From Planctomycetota bacterium (GTDB lineage Bacteria; Planctomycetota; UBA1135; UBA2386): a DNA stretch of 64,000 bases. The notes below the pieces were generated by a model. The model was not told where the DNA came from and made no database searches. It was given only the letters and a program-made list of their open reading frames with translations. Position numbers and translations under genes: made by a program. The stretch covers positions 896,001 to 960,000 of the forward strand of contig OZ245006.1 in NCBI GenBank assembly GCA_965223545.1. Reading direction: 5' to 3'. This document shows, one piece after another, positions 47,816-59,485 of the stretch. Numbering within the stretch: position 1 is the stretch's first letter; every line of letters begins with the position of its first letter.

Positions 47816-48017
47816 TTGGAGGTTTCGGGCCGACGAACCGGGTCGAATCGCTGAGGAGCAGGGGGCCCGGGGCGCCGGCGGAGCGGAACAGAATCTCGCC
47901 CTTGTCATCCAAAGAACCGCCCGGAGCCGAAGCCCCCAGGAGCCGCCCCGGGCTGCCCACCCAGAGCGTCTCGAGTGCGGTCCCTCCCTTGTGAGCGCGA
48001 CCGCCCTACGCGTCAGA
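47776..48017 (-). ncRNA. Putative ~240-nt structured sRNA
   Basis: Lies between a candidate promoter (TTGCGC-17-CACATT, 48023-48051) and the terminator; contains a cUUCGg hairpin; no credible ORF ends inside it. Confidence 0.45.
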
Positions 48018-48174
48018 TGGAGAATGTGCCAGAGCAGCCGCGGTGGCGCAAGAGAATGACTTGACGAAAACCACAATTTGTTGGGGCTCGCCGGTGGTGG
48101 TACACCCCCGCACAGCCCACGACGTCAAAAGTTGGTGCCACCGCGCCCGCCGCGACCGATCCCGGCGGTCGCGC

Positions 48175-49491
48175 TCACGACACGGGCAACCAGATGCGAA
48201 ACGTCGTCCCCTGCCCCACGACGCTCTCCACCTCGATGCTGCCTTGGTGTTGGTCGACGATGCCGTGCGCGATCGCCAAACCGAGGCCCGTGCCCCGGCC
48301 AACGTCTTTGGTCGTGAAGAACGGGTCGAAGATCTTCGAGCGAATGTCGGCGGGAATGCCGTGCCCGCGGTCGGCGACCGACAGCCGCGCCCCAGCGCGG
48401 TCGCTCTCGGTGCGCACGGTGACCGCGGCACCGGACGGCGAGGCGTCCACGGCGTTCAGCATCAGGTTGACCAGGACTTGCAGCAGGTGATTCGCCGAGC
48501 CGCGGACCCGCGGACTCGGTTCGGCCAGAGCGAGCTCGAGCGCGACGCCCGCGTTGCGGAACGGCACCGCGACCAAGTCAGCGCCTTCGCGCACGAGGCG
48601 GTTGAGATCGAGCGGTTCCAGCGCGAACGGGGTCTCCCGTGAGAACGTCAGCAGGCCGGCGGTAATCGTGCCGATCCGCTGCGCGTGCCGCTCCACGACG
48701 TCGAGCTCGCGCAGCAGGGCCGGCGCTTGCTCACCGTCCTCGATGCGGTAGCGCAGGATCTGCACCTTGTTCTGGATCACCCCCACGGGGTTGTTGATCT
48801 CGTGCGCAACCCCGGCGGCCAGAGTCCCCACCGAAGCCAGCTTCTCGCTCTGCGCCAGCTGAGAGTCGAGGCTCGCCAGCTGTTGCTCCCGGCGCACCAA
48901 CCGCGAGAGGACGCGACCGACGAAGTACACCCCCAGAACCTGCGCCGCACAGAACGCCGCCAACCACACCGCCAACGCGACCTGGGTGGCCTCCCGCAGT
49001 GACCACAGCCCCGGCAGCGGGTGGTGCGCCAGCCAACCCGAGCTCTCACCGAACGCCAGGACCGCCGCCAGCAACACCGAGGCGCCGACGACGACCAACG
49101 CCGCGCGCACCGACAGCAGCAGGGCGGCGATGAACGCGTGGAACGGGTAGAACAGCACGCACGGGTTGGTGACGCCGCCGCTGAAGTGCAGGATCGCGGT
49201 GAGGATCAGCAGATCGATGGCGATCTGCAAGTCGACGTGCCGGCGCACGGCGCTGGCTTCGACCTTGGCCAACCGGGGGAACCACCAGCCATAGAGGGCG
49301 TTGACGGCGACCGTCAGCGCGGCCAGCAGATACAGGGGAACCGGGTCGCGCACCGCCCCGAACCCGTGCGCCGCCACGCCCGTGAGGACCAGCATCACCA
49401 CGGCCGCGGCCAACCGCAGGCGGTTGAACCAGGCCACTTGATCCAAGAGCCGCTCCGTGCTCGGAGCGAAGATGCGCACCGCACCGGCCAT
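48175..49491 (-). CDS. Sensor histidine kinase (NtrB/PilS-like) with multi-pass membrane N-terminus
   Basis: [39 protein letters not shown] and [18 protein letters not shown]; about 6 hydrophobic segments. Confidence 0.93.
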   Translation of the reverse strand: MAGAVRIFAPSTERLLDQVAWFNRLRLAAAVVMLVLTGVAAHGFGAVRDPVPLYLLAALTVAVNALYGWWFPRLAKVEASAVRRHVDLQIAIDLLILTAILHFSGGVTNPCVLFYPFHAFIAALLLSVRAALVVVGASVLLAAVLAFGESSGWLAHHPLPGLWSLREATQVALAVWLAAFCAAQVLGVYFVGRVLSRLVRREQQLASLDSQLAQSEKLASVGTLAAGVAHEINNPVGVIQNKVQILRYRIEDGEQAPALLRELDVVERHAQRIGTITAGLLTFSRETPFALEPLDLNRLVREGADLVAVPFRNAGVALELALAEPSPRVRGSANHLLQVLVNLMLNAVDASPSGAAVTVRTESDRAGARLSVADRGHGIPADIRSKIFDPFFTTKDVGRGTGLGLAIAHGIVDQHQGSIEVESVVGQGTTFRIWLPVS

Positions 49492-49492
49492 G

Positions 49493-50319
49493 TCAGTCGC
49501 GCGCGCGCGCGTCGTACTCGCGCCTGCCGTAGATCCACAAGCCGGCGAGCAGCACGACCAGGACGAACCGGAGCAGCGCCGTGGTCGGGGCGACCAGCGC
49601 GTCGAGGCCGTCGAACCGGTCCAGGCCGGCCGCCAACAGATCGTTGAGCTCGCTGCCGCGGTCGGGGTCGATGCGCTGCCACAACCATCTGCGCACCGGG
49701 CCGGCGACGGTCATGCTGCGCACACCGGCCTCGGGCGGCACGATCGATGCGATGAACTCCCAGCCGACGAAGAACACGCCCGCCGACACCAGCGGACGCC
49801 GCATCCAGGCCCCCAGCAGCCCGCCCATCACCGCGTAGGCGATGCAGGCCAAGAAGGCGCCCTGCACGAACGCGACCGCGGTGTCGGACCTCGGCTGGAG
49901 TCCCAGCCGCCACTCGGGCGCGGCGATGGCGACGCTGACGTAGATCGCGATGATCGCCGTCGCCGCCAACAGCCAAGCCACGGCGATCGCCGCCAGCAGC
50001 TTGCCGATCAGGAGCGCCGAGCGGCGCAGTGGCCGGGCGAACAGGAACGACGCGGTGCGGTCCTCGAGATCACCGTGCACCACCGTGACCCCCAGAAACA
50101 GGGCGCTCACCGGCAGCCCGAACATGAACACCATCAGGTAGGTGGCGATGCCGACGAACTCCTCGCCCCCGATCCCCTCACCCGCCGCTCGGCGCGCGAC
50201 GGCGCCGAGCAACGCGGCAGCGGCCAGGGCGGCGATGGCCAGCCAGCGCACGACGCGGCCACGCAACAGGAGCAGAAGGGTCTGGCGCGCGATCTCGGCA
50301 ACGTCGAAAGGCCAGCGCA

Positions 50320-50320
<1 letters not shown>
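49493..50320 (-). CDS. ABC-2-type transporter permease
   Basis: About 6 transmembrane segments; DLEDRTASFLFARPLRRSALLIGK motif. Confidence 0.85.
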
Positions 50321-51227
<907 letters not shown>

Positions 51228-51228
<1 letters not shown>

Positions 51229-52109
51229 CACCCGACTCCACCGTGCTCGGTGAGCCGCCGCGAGGCGACCACGCCGGTGACACCGACCAGGACGACGATC
51301 GAAGCGAGCGCGTAACCGGGCGAGTAGTCGTTCACCGGCGTGGCGCCGCTGATCCACTCGGCGATCCGCTTCATCGCATCCCACGGGTTGATCGCCTTCA
51401 GCGCCCACTCGCCCTGAAAGACGCGCGACAGCACGCGGACCACCGCCGTGGTGCCCAGCAGCACGACGAACCAGAGCAGGGAGGCCCCGTTCGCGTTGTC
51501 GGCGATCGCGGAGAAGCCGACCGCGACGAACGTCAGCACGGCGGTGAACAGCGTCAGCGCGAGCAGGACGCGCGGCATGAACGCCGAGGTCTGCTGCCAG
51601 AACGAGCCGTCGGGTGCGAGGATCGCCCCGACACCCCACGTCACGGCCGGCGCCAAGACGAAGGCGAGACCGATCAGCAGAAACGACCCCAGCCACTTGG
51701 CGGCGAAGTAGCCGAGCGGCCGGACTCCACGCGTCCAGTAGATCTCCAGCGCCGCGGTCTCCCGGTCCTTGGCGATCGCCCGGCAGCTCACCAGGGTGGA
51801 GAGGATGAGAAACACCACGAACGAGGGCACCTCGCCGACGGTCGGGGTGATGTAGAAGTCCAACGTCGTCGGGTCGAAGCGCGCCATGCCAACCAGCCGG
51901 TCGCCGGCGCCGAGCTGCCACACCCCGGCCCAAGCCAGCAGGATGCCGAGGTTGGCCACCGCCGGGATCATGCAGAGCAAGAACAGCACCACACCGAGGC
52001 GACGCCGGAACAGCGCGCGCAGCTCGTAGCCGGCGATCGGCCACAGCCGGCGCCAACGCGGAGTCGGCGCGTACTCGAGCGCCCGGTAGCCAGTGCCGTA
52101 GATTGCCAT
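51228..52109 (-). CDS. ABC-2-type transporter permease
   Basis: MAIYGTGYR start; IAKDRETAALEIYWTRGVRPLGYFAAK; multiple transmembrane segments. Confidence 0.85.
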
Positions 52110-52134
52110 CACCGAGTCCTTGGGCCGTTCCGCC

Positions 52135-53076
52135 TCACGCGTCCTCGCCCGCTTCGGCCGCGCGCACCGTGTGCAAGAAGACGTCCTCGAGCGAGCGCCG
52201 CCGGCGCACCAGCCGGAGCACGGCGCCGCCACAGCCGCGCACCGCCGCGAACACCGCCGCGGTCCCCTTTTCGCCCGGGACCGAGAGCGACAAGCGCCCC
52301 GGCGCCGCCTCGGGCTCGCCACTCTCGACGGCCACACCGCGCCGCGACAGCTCGGCGACCAGCTGCCCGCTGCAGCCGGCAACATCGAGCTCGTAGGTCT
52401 CCACCGGAGCATGCGTCAGCTCGGCGAGCGGACCGGCCGCCAACACGCGGCCGCGATCCATGAGCACCACTTCCGCACAAACGGCCTCGACGTCCTGCAA
52501 GATGTGCGACGACAGCACGACCGACTTCGAGAGCTCGCGACTGAGTCTGCGAATCAAGGCCAGCATCTCGGTACGCCCCTTTGGGTCGAGGCCGTTGGTG
52601 GGCTCGTCGAGGAACAGCACGTCGGGGTCGTGCACCATCGCCGCGGCGAGCTTGACCTTCTGGCGCATCCCGGCCGAGTAGCCGGAGACCGGACGGTAGC
52701 GCTGCTCCTCGAGGCCGACCAAGTACAGCACTTCGTGCGCCCGGCGCGCGGCGTCGGCGCGCGGCACTCCGCTGAGCTCGCCGGCGAGCAGCACCGTTTC
52801 GTATCCGTTGAGGCCCTGCACGTAGCTGTCCTTCTCGGACATGTAGCCCACGCGGCGGCGGATCTCGTCGCCGCTGGCCCGCGGGTCGAGGTCGAACATC
52901 AAGAGCTCGCCGGAAGCCGGACGCACCAACCCCAGCAGCGCCTTCAGAATCGAGCTCTTGCCGGCGCCATTGCGGCCGAGCAGACCGACCGCGCCGCGCG
53001 GGAACTCGGCCGTCGCGTCGCGGACCGCGACGACGTCGCCGTAGCGGATCGTCACCGCTTCGAAGCGAATGCTCAT
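52135..53076 (-). CDS. ABC transporter ATP-binding protein
   Basis: GRNGAGKSS, YSAGMRQKVKLA, FLDEPTNGLDP and SSHIL. Confidence 0.92.
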   Translation of the reverse strand: MSIRFEAVTIRYGDVVAVRDATAEFPRGAVGLLGRNGAGKSSILKALLGLVRPASGELLMFDLDPRASGDEIRRRVGYMSEKDSYVQGLNGYETVLLAGELSGVPRADAARRAHEVLYLVGLEEQRYRPVSGYSAGMRQKVKLAAAMVHDPDVLFLDEPTNGLDPKGRTEMLALIRRLSRELSKSVVLSSHILQDVEAVCAEVVLMDRGRVLAAGPLAELTHAPVETYELDVAGCSGQLVAELSRRGVAVESGEPEAAPGRLSLSVPGEKGTAAVFAAVRGCGGAVLRLVRRRRSLEDVFLHTVRAAEAGEDA

Positions 53077-53756
53077 CGCGCCGCCCTCGACAGCACCGCG
53101 AGCCGGATCGCACAGCGCTTTCCGGCGTGGTTCGCGACCAACTCGGTCAGCTCGATGCGAAAGTCGGCAGCGGCGCGCGCCAGGAACCGGTCGCCGGTCT
53201 CGCGGCCCGGGTCGGCGAACACCGCGCGGCCGCCGGCGGCCAAGAGCTCGTGCAGCGAACGCAGCAGCGGCGCGTGCAAGCGGTCTTCGTAGGTGACGTC
53301 GGCGAGCGTGACCAGGTCGCAGGGTCCGACACTCCCCAGCGCCCCGAACGCCGCCCGACGCACGTCGAACGCGGCCACCGCGTTCTGGCGGGCGTTGAAG
53401 GCCGCGAAGCGCAGCGCGTCGGCATCGCGATCGACGAACGTGACGCGCGCGCCGCGGACCCCGGCCGCGACGCCCGCCAGGCCGAGCCCGCAACCCAGAT
53501 CGACCGCCGCCCGGCCGTCCAGGCACGGACCGCGCATGATCCAGCGCGCCAGCGCTACCGACGCCGGCCAGAGCTCTGCCCAGTAGGGCATCGCCTCGAG
53601 GCCGGCGGCAACCCGCGCCGGCCGCCCGCCGGACAGCAGCGCCTCGAGCGAGCGCGGCGACACCAACGACAGCGTTCCACCGGCCACCGGCAGACGATGG
53701 CGGCGTAGCGGGAAGCGTCGCAGCCAAGGGTCGCGCAGGGCGCTGGGAACGCTCAC
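53073..53756 (-). CDS. Class I SAM methyltransferase (methyltransferase-16 / METTL21-like)
   Basis: MPYWAELWPASVALA, VDLGCGLGLAG, ADVTYE (DxxY) and ADPGR. Confidence 0.85.
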   Translation of the reverse strand: MSVPSALRDPWLRRFPLRRHRLPVAGGTLSLVSPRSLEALLSGGRPARVAAGLEAMPYWAELWPASVALARWIMRGPCLDGRAAVDLGCGLGLAGVAAGVRGARVTFVDRDADALRFAAFNARQNAVAAFDVRRAAFGALGSVGPCDLVTLADVTYEDRLHAPLLRSLHELLAAGGRAVFADPGRETGDRFLARAAADFRIELTELVANHAGKRCAIRLAVLSRAAR

Positions 53757-53889
53757 GCCCCCATTCAAGGTCCACTGCGAGCAGATGCAAGAGACCGGCC
53801 GGAACCCGCCGCCCGCGGCCGGTCTTCACAATCGCGCGACACGCAGACCCGCGCAATGCGGCACCGCCGCGCCGTATCATCCGCTGCCG

Positions 53890-55983
53890 GTGCGCCACCT
53901 GCTGCGATACCTTCCCGCCTGCCTCACCCTGCTGGGGCCCCTGGCCTTCTTGGCCTACCTCGGCAGCAGCGAGCTGAGCCGGCAGCAAGAGCGCGCCGAG
54001 ACCTTCCTCCGCGGCCTGGCTCTCGACGTCGTGTCGACGGCCGCGCAGGACTTCGACCAAGCGCTGCGCACCGAGTTGGAGAGCCTCTTCGACGAGGCGA
54101 GATCGGACGAACCGTCGCCAACCAACTGGCTCGCGGTCGGCCTGCAACGGCGGCAGGCGACCCCGGAGCTGGTGACGCTGATCCGGCTGGACGCCGCCGG
54201 CCGACCGCTGTTTCCCCGGCTGGGACCGACATCGACCGAGGCCCCGCCGTTCAGCAATCCACCGCGCGCCACGCGCAGCGCCGCCGCCTCGCTGTGGGTC
54301 GGGGACGCGGCCGCGGCCGAGACCACGCTGCGGGACGAGATCGAGCGCCGCCGCGAGAGCACACGTTCCGGCGACCTGCTGGCTCGCCTACAAGCGCAGC
54401 TCCAGCTCGCAGGCCTGCACGCGGCGGCCGGCGACGCGGCGCGCGCCGCGGCCGAGTATCGCACGGTGATCGCCGACGCGACGCCTCTGGAAGAGGCCGC
54501 GCAGCGCGTGTGGCGCGAACGCGGCCGCGGCCGCCGCCGGTTCACCACCGTGGAGAGCCCCACGGTCCAGCTCTTGGCCCGCGTCGGCCTGGCAGAGGTC
54601 ACCGACGACCACGCCGCCCGGACCGCGATCGCCACCGAGATCGGCGATGGGCAGCATTGGCTGGTCGCGGACGGCGCGCAGATCGCCATTCTGACGCGGA
54701 TCGCACGCACCACCGACGGCGCTGAGATCACCGCGGCGCAGCGGCGTTTCGAGCACTTGGTGGCGGCGCGATCCGCACTGCACGCGGCCACCGAGCGGGC
54801 GAGCCTGCTGCCCCGACAGCTCGACGGTGACCGCGTGTTGCGCGTGTTCGACACGCCGCTCACCACCTGCCTGCTGGCGCTGCAAGCGCAGACGGACGCG
54901 GAGGGCACCACGGTCGGCTGGCACGGCGCCATCCTCGACCTCACCGGCTTTCTCGATCGCGTGCTGGGCGACCAGCTCGAGAGCAGCCGAGCCGGCTTCC
55001 ACCTCGACGTCATCGATCCGGACGGCAACCGACTGTTGCGCCAATCGTTGCCACCGGACGCCGCCAGCTGGCCGACCGAGATCGCCACGCGCTCGGACAC
55101 CATCGCCAACCTGCAGTTCAGCGCGGTACCCCGCAACCCGAGCGAGCAGCTCGAGAACCGGCGCGCCTCTCAGCGCAACCTGGCCCTGCTGGTGCTCGCC
55201 CTGTGCTTGGTCGCCGGCGGCGCCGCCCTGTTCTTGGTGCGTTCGTCCAGCCGCGAAGCCGAGCTCGCAGCGATGAAGGTCGGCCTGGTCTCCCGCGTTT
55301 CGCACGAGCTCAAGACGCCGTTGTCGATGATCAAGATGTACGGCGAAACCCTCGCCTTGGGCCGCGCCAAGGACACCGAACAGAGCACGCGATTCGCGCG
55401 GATCATCTCCCGCGAGGCCGATCGACTGACCGCCCTCATCGATCGGGTCCTCGACTTCTCCAAGCACAGCGCCGGCTCGATCCACTACCGCGCCGAGCCA
55501 CTCGACCTCGCCATCGAGGTGCGCCGCGTGCTCGACGAGTACGAACCGCACATCGAGAGCGCCGGGGCAACCCTGCAGGCGGAGCTCGAGCCGAACACCA
55601 CGGTGCTCGCCGACCGCGCAGGACTCGCCAGCAGCTTGGTCAACTTGCTCGAGAATGCCATCAAGTACACCCCGGCCGACCGCACAGACCAACCGATCGA
55701 GGTGAGTGTGCACCGCCGCCGCAACCAAGTCGTGCTGGAGGTCTCCGACCGCGGAATCGGCGTGCCCGCGGCGGAGCGGGACAAGATCTTCGACAGCTTC
55801 TTCCGCGCCGGCAACGCCGGCGCGGCGCGCGGCGCCGGCCTCGGCCTCAGCTTGGTGCGCCACTTCGCCAGCGCCCACGGCGGCACGGCCGAAGCGGTGG
55901 AACGCGTCGGCGACGGCACCACCTTTCGCATCTCCCTCCCCGGCACCACTCTGTCCGCGACCCCCCATGGCCAACACGACTGA
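53890..55983 (+). CDS. Sensor histidine kinase with large periplasmic helical domain
   Basis: Two transmembrane segments; VSHELKTPL, NLLENAIKY, DRGIG and GAGLGL. Confidence 0.92.
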   Translation: MRHLLRYLPACLTLLGPLAFLAYLGSSELSRQQERAETFLRGLALDVVSTAAQDFDQALRTELESLFDEARSDEPSPTNWLAVGLQRRQATPELVTLIRLDAAGRPLFPRLGPTSTEAPPFSNPPRATRSAAASLWVGDAAAAETTLRDEIERRRESTRSGDLLARLQAQLQLAGLHAAAGDAARAAAEYRTVIADATPLEEAAQRVWRERGRGRRRFTTVESPTVQLLARVGLAEVTDDHAARTAIATEIGDGQHWLVADGAQIAILTRIARTTDGAEITAAQRRFEHLVAARSALHAATERASLLPRQLDGDRVLRVFDTPLTTCLLALQAQTDAEGTTVGWHGAILDLTGFLDRVLGDQLESSRAGFHLDVIDPDGNRLLRQSLPPDAASWPTEIATRSDTIANLQFSAVPRNPSEQLENRRASQRNLALLVLALCLVAGGAALFLVRSSSREAELAAMKVGLVSRVSHELKTPLSMIKMYGETLALGRAKDTEQSTRFARIISREADRLTALIDRVLDFSKHSAGSIHYRAEPLDLAIEVRRVLDEYEPHIESAGATLQAELEPNTTVLADRAGLASSLVNLLENAIKYTPADRTDQPIEVSVHRRRNQVVLEVSDRGIGVPAAERDKIFDSFFRAGNAGAARGAGLGLSLVRHFASAHGGTAEAVERVGDGTTFRISLPGTTLSATPHGQHD

Positions 55984-56674
55984 CCACATTCTGATCATCG
56001 AAGACGAGCCCGACCTGCGCGACGGACTGCGACACAACCTCGAGCTCGACGGCTACGAGGTCGCGGTCGCCGCGGATGGCGAGGCCGGCATCGAGGCCGC
56101 GCGGGCGGGTGACTTCTCGCTGATCGTCCTCGACCTGATGCTGCCCGGCATCGGCGGGTTCGACGTGCTGCGGACCCTGCGCGAGGAGGGCAACACGACT
56201 CCGGTCATCATTCTCTCCGCGCGCGGTCAGGACCACGACAAGGTCTCCGGCCTGGAGCTCGGCGCGGATGACTACGTCACCAAACCCTTCGGCTTGGCCG
56301 AGCTGGGCGCGCGCATTCGCGCCGTTCTGCGGCGCACTTCGAGCGACGTCGCGGTCAACGACCACTATCGATTCAGCGGCCTCGAGATCGACTTTCGGCG
56401 CTTCACCGTGAAGCGCGACGGCGTCGAACAGCAGCTCTCGCGCTACGAGGCCGAGATCCTCAAGATGCTGGTCGTTCACCGCGATCAGGTCGTCACCCGC
56501 AACGATCTGCTGCGCAAGGTTTGGGGCTACACGCACCTGCCGACGACCCGCACCGTGGACAACCACATCGCCAGGCTGCGCAAGAAGGTCGAGCGCACAC
56601 CGGACCAGCCGGCCTACGTGACGACGGTGCACGGCATCGGCTACCGCTTCGACAGCGGCGAGGTGGCGCAATGA
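55967..56674 (+). CDS. OmpR/PhoB-family response regulator
   Basis: ILIIEDE, LDLMLPG, GADDYVTKPF, TRTVDNHIARLRKK and TVHGIGYRF. Confidence 0.96.
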   Translation: MANTTDHILIIEDEPDLRDGLRHNLELDGYEVAVAADGEAGIEAARAGDFSLIVLDLMLPGIGGFDVLRTLREEGNTTPVIILSARGQDHDKVSGLELGADDYVTKPFGLAELGARIRAVLRRTSSDVAVNDHYRFSGLEIDFRRFTVKRDGVEQQLSRYEAEILKMLVVHRDQVVTRNDLLRKVWGYTHLPTTRTVDNHIARLRKKVERTPDQPAYVTTVHGIGYRFDSGEVAQ

Positions 56675-56792
56675 GCGTCCGGCGCCTCGAATCTTCGAGC
56701 TTCGACAGCATCTCCGAAACACCGTTGGATTCGCGGGCTCCGCTACTGTCGCGGTGCGCTGGGTCTTTGGTTGCGGCCGTGGCCGCGCTGAG
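56671..56792 (+). repeat. Dispersed repeat, copy A
   Basis: Aligns with 59482-59529 (38/48 nt) and 59614-59687 (65/74 nt) by manual alignment; contains the palindrome GCGGCC-gt-GGCCGC. Confidence 0.85.
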
Positions 56793-57603
56793 CAAGACGC
56801 GCCAAGCGGCGGCGATCGCCGTCGTCATCGGCGGTGCGCTGTCGGCGGACGCGGGCGGTGATCGTGGGCCCGCGCCGCAGCCACAACCGTCCACTCCGAC
56901 CCCGACGGTGTGGGATGGTTGGCTGGCCGAAGTCCTCGACGCCGCGCCCGAGGTTGCGGAAACGGCCTACCGCGGTGCCGCCGAGAGCACCGACAACAAC
57001 TGGCAACGCGTCCACGCGATGCTGCGGCTGTCGGAGATCGCCCGCGTGCGCGGCGAAGAACAGGAGAGGGCGCGATGGCGGCAGAGCATGCTGGAGACCT
57101 TCGACACCGAAGCAGGCCGCACCGCGGCGCAGCGCGGCATCGAACGGTGGGACCGCCGCGCGGGCGACAACGCGGAGCTGCACTGGCTACCGCTGCTGCT
57201 GCCCCAACGGACCACCCCGCGCACCCCCGATGCCGACGCCGCTCTACGGCTTCCGCTCGACCAGCTCGAGACCATCGACCCGCTGATCCGGCGCCGTGCG
57301 CTGCGCATTCTCGGGCTTCGGCTCGCCGGCCAGAGTGAGCACCCCGAACGGCTCGAGCGCGACGTGTTGGCGCGGCTGCTGCGCGCCGGCCGGTACTCCG
57401 CGCTGCTCAGTCGCCGCGACGACGTGGACGAGGCCGATCTGCGTCAGATCGCGGCCCGCCTGCAGGCCGCGGCCGCGGCGGAGCAGTCGCTCAGCGGCGA
57501 GAGCACGGCGCTGCGCCAGGCATCGCGCCGCCTGCGCGAACGACTCGACCGCGGCGACCCCGACGCTGCGCGCGCCTGGCTGGCGGTCGTCCCGTATCGA
57601 TGA
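56671..57603 (+). CDS. Hypothetical exported helical protein (alternative start GTG at 56779)
   Basis: ATGA overlap with the response regulator; hydrophobic stretch AAAIAVVIGGALSA; helical TPR-like body. Confidence 0.6.
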   Translation: MSVRRLESSSFDSISETPLDSRAPLLSRCAGSLVAAVAALSKTRQAAAIAVVIGGALSADAGGDRGPAPQPQPSTPTPTVWDGWLAEVLDAAPEVAETAYRGAAESTDNNWQRVHAMLRLSEIARVRGEEQERARWRQSMLETFDTEAGRTAAQRGIERWDRRAGDNAELHWLPLLLPQRTTPRTPDADAALRLPLDQLETIDPLIRRRALRILGLRLAGQSEHPERLERDVLARLLRAGRYSALLSRRDDVDEADLRQIAARLQAAAAAEQSLSGESTALRQASRRLRERLDRGDPDAARAWLAVVPYR

Positions 57604-57668
57604 GCGCCATTCGCGGACGGCACCCTCGCGGAGGCACCGTCACGGACAGCGCCGTCGCGGACCTACCG

Positions 57669-58091
57669 TCAGCGGCTCTCGCCGCTCTCCGGGTCGGTGC
57701 CGCTCTTGCCCCAGTTCGGGTCGTCGAAGAACGTGCCGGTGTAGAAGTCGAGCGGCTCGATCTCGGGTCCGTTCGGGTGCAGCTCCGCCGCGCCGTAGAT
57801 CGGGAACAGCAGGAAGTCACCGGCGTGGACGAAGGTCCAGCAGAGGTGCTTGGCCAGCTGGTAGATGGTCGTGAAAGGCATCGCCAAGACTTGGGTCGCG
57901 GCGCTGCCACGCAGTCCCTCACGCACCTCGACCGAAGAGGCATAGCCGTCGGTGAAGCCGCCGTAGGGCACCACGATCGGGGACAACAGGACCATGCTCA
58001 GGTCCTTGCCGGCACGGCGGACCGTGCCGCAACTCGTCATGGACAGGGCGAGCAACAGGGCGGCGAAGACTGCGGTCTTGCGCGGGATCAC
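57669..58091 (-). CDS. Hypothetical lipoprotein
   Basis: AAGGAG then GTG; signal peptide VIPRKTAVFAALLLALSMTSC; amphipathic Pro-containing helices. Confidence 0.75.
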   Translation of the reverse strand: MIPRKTAVFAALLLALSMTSCGTVRRAGKDLSMVLLSPIVVPYGGFTDGYASSVEVREGLRGSAATQVLAMPFTTIYQLAKHLCWTFVHAGDFLLFPIYGAAELHPNGPEIEPLDFYTGTFFDDPNWGKSGTDPESGESR

Positions 58092-58351
58092 GAGCGGCTC
58101 CTTGCAGAGAGGGACTTGCGTCGCTTTTCGGGGCAAACGGGTCAGGCATCGAAGCGCCAGAGCGGCGTGCAGACAAGCGCGGGCCGCAAAGATTTCGCAG
58201 CTGGCGATCCGTCCGCCTGCCGCGCGCTCGGCAGAGATTCTCGGCCGCCGGCTGGACGCCCCGCGGAGGCGGCAATACCGTCAACAGCATGTCGCCCACC
58301 GGGGAGCTGGGGACGCATCAGACCGGCCTTAGAGCCCCACCGAGCACGTTC

Positions 58352-59485
58352 ATGCAAAGCGATTTCGGCGCAGATATCTTCGACGACGATCCACCCACCG
58401 AGCAGCCCGAGCGCAGCGCCCGTCGCAGCGCGAAACCCCGGGCGCAGGCCGTCGAGATCCGCGTGAAGAAGACGGCTCCGCGCCGCGACGCGGAGGACCT
58501 CGCCGACATCGAGTTCGGCCAGCCGTCACCGCGACCCGATGCCGCGGCGGATTCGGACACAGCCGATGCGGACAAGGCGGCCGCGCCGGACACCGGCAGC
58601 CGACGGCCACCGCGCCGCCCGCGCGCCGAGCGGGGCGAGCGGGGCGATGCGCCCGCGACGACGGCCACTCCGGTCGAGCCCCGGGCGCGGCGGCAGCGCT
58701 CCACCGGGGTCGGGGAGCCGCGCCCCCGCCGCGATCGCCCGCGCGGCGATCGGGACCGGGGCGATCGGGATCGAGGCGAGCGGGATCGAGGCGAGCGGGA
58801 CCGGGGCGACCGGGACCGGGGCGAGCGCCCGCGCGGTGGTCGCGACCGGGGCGATCGGCACCGCGGCGAGCGCCGGGATCGCGACCGCCCCGAAGACGAC
58901 CGCGGTCGCCGCCGCGGTCGCGACCGCGAGCGCGGGCGCGGTGATCGGCCCGCAGGGCCGCGCGGCGGCCACACGAAGACGTCCGAGACCACCGACACGG
59001 CCCCCATCGATCGGTTGCCGACGCGCGGCGGCCGCGGCCGACAGACACAGCCGACCACCGCCAGTGCCCGGGTCGCGCTCCTCCTCGACCTGGAGGATCT
59101 GAGCCGCGGCGCGCGCGAGCACGGGTGGGAGATCTCCTACCGGCGATTGCAGAACCGGCTCGTCGCCGACCGCACCGCGGTCCGCGTCCTGGCGTACGCG
59201 CCGGACGATCAACCCGAGCTCGGCGCCCCCCTGGCAGCCGCGCGCATCGAGCTGCAGACTTGCGATCCCGACGCGATCGAGGTCGCGTTGAGCGTCGACG
59301 CGATGACCATCGCGCCGCGGGTCGACTGTGTCGTCGTGGGGTCGGACTCGGCCGCGTTCGCCCCGTTGGTCGCCATGCTGCGCAGTCAGGGAATCCGCGT
59401 CGAATCGGCCAGCTTCTCGCCGAAGAGTCCGCTCGACAGCCAGTTCCACCACGAGATCGACAAGTCGGCCTGCTTTGCACCGTGA
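58352..59485 (+). CDS. NYN/LabA(DUF88)-like domain protein with long charged disordered N-terminus
   Basis: C-terminal VALLLDLEDL...VALSVDAM...VVVGSDSAAFAPLVAMLRSQGIRVE; N-terminal R/D/G-rich region. Confidence 0.75.
   Translation: MQSDFGADIFDDDPPTEQPERSARRSAKPRAQAVEIRVKKTAPRRDAEDLADIEFGQPSPRPDAAADSDTADADKAAAPDTGSRRPPRRPRAERGERGDAPATTATPVEPRARRQRSTGVGEPRPRRDRPRGDRDRGDRDRGERDRGERDRGDRDRGERPRGGRDRGDRHRGERRDRDRPEDDRGRRRGRDRERGRGDRPAGPRGGHTKTSETTDTAPIDRLPTRGGRGRQTQPTTASARVALLLDLEDLSRGAREHGWEISYRRLQNRLVADRTAVRVLAYAPDDQPELGAPLAAARIELQTCDPDAIEVALSVDAMTIAPRVDCVVVGSDSAAFAPLVAMLRSQGIRVESASFSPKSPLDSQFHHEIDKSACFAP
58745..58864 (+). repeat. In-frame 15-bp tandem repeat (about 8 units) encoding G[DE]RDR
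   Basis: GGCGA(T/G/C)CGGGA(C/T)CG(G/A) units lie head-to-tail with synonymous variation. Confidence 0.9.

Noticed and set aside
48122..48141. Sigma54 promoter (TGGCAC on the minus strand) for the putative sRNA
   Set aside because: GG-N10 is followed by TG rather than GC, so the -12 element is missing.
58745..58864. CRISPR-like array
   Set aside because: The 15-bp units are contiguous with no spacers, vary at synonymous positions and lie in frame; there are no cas genes.
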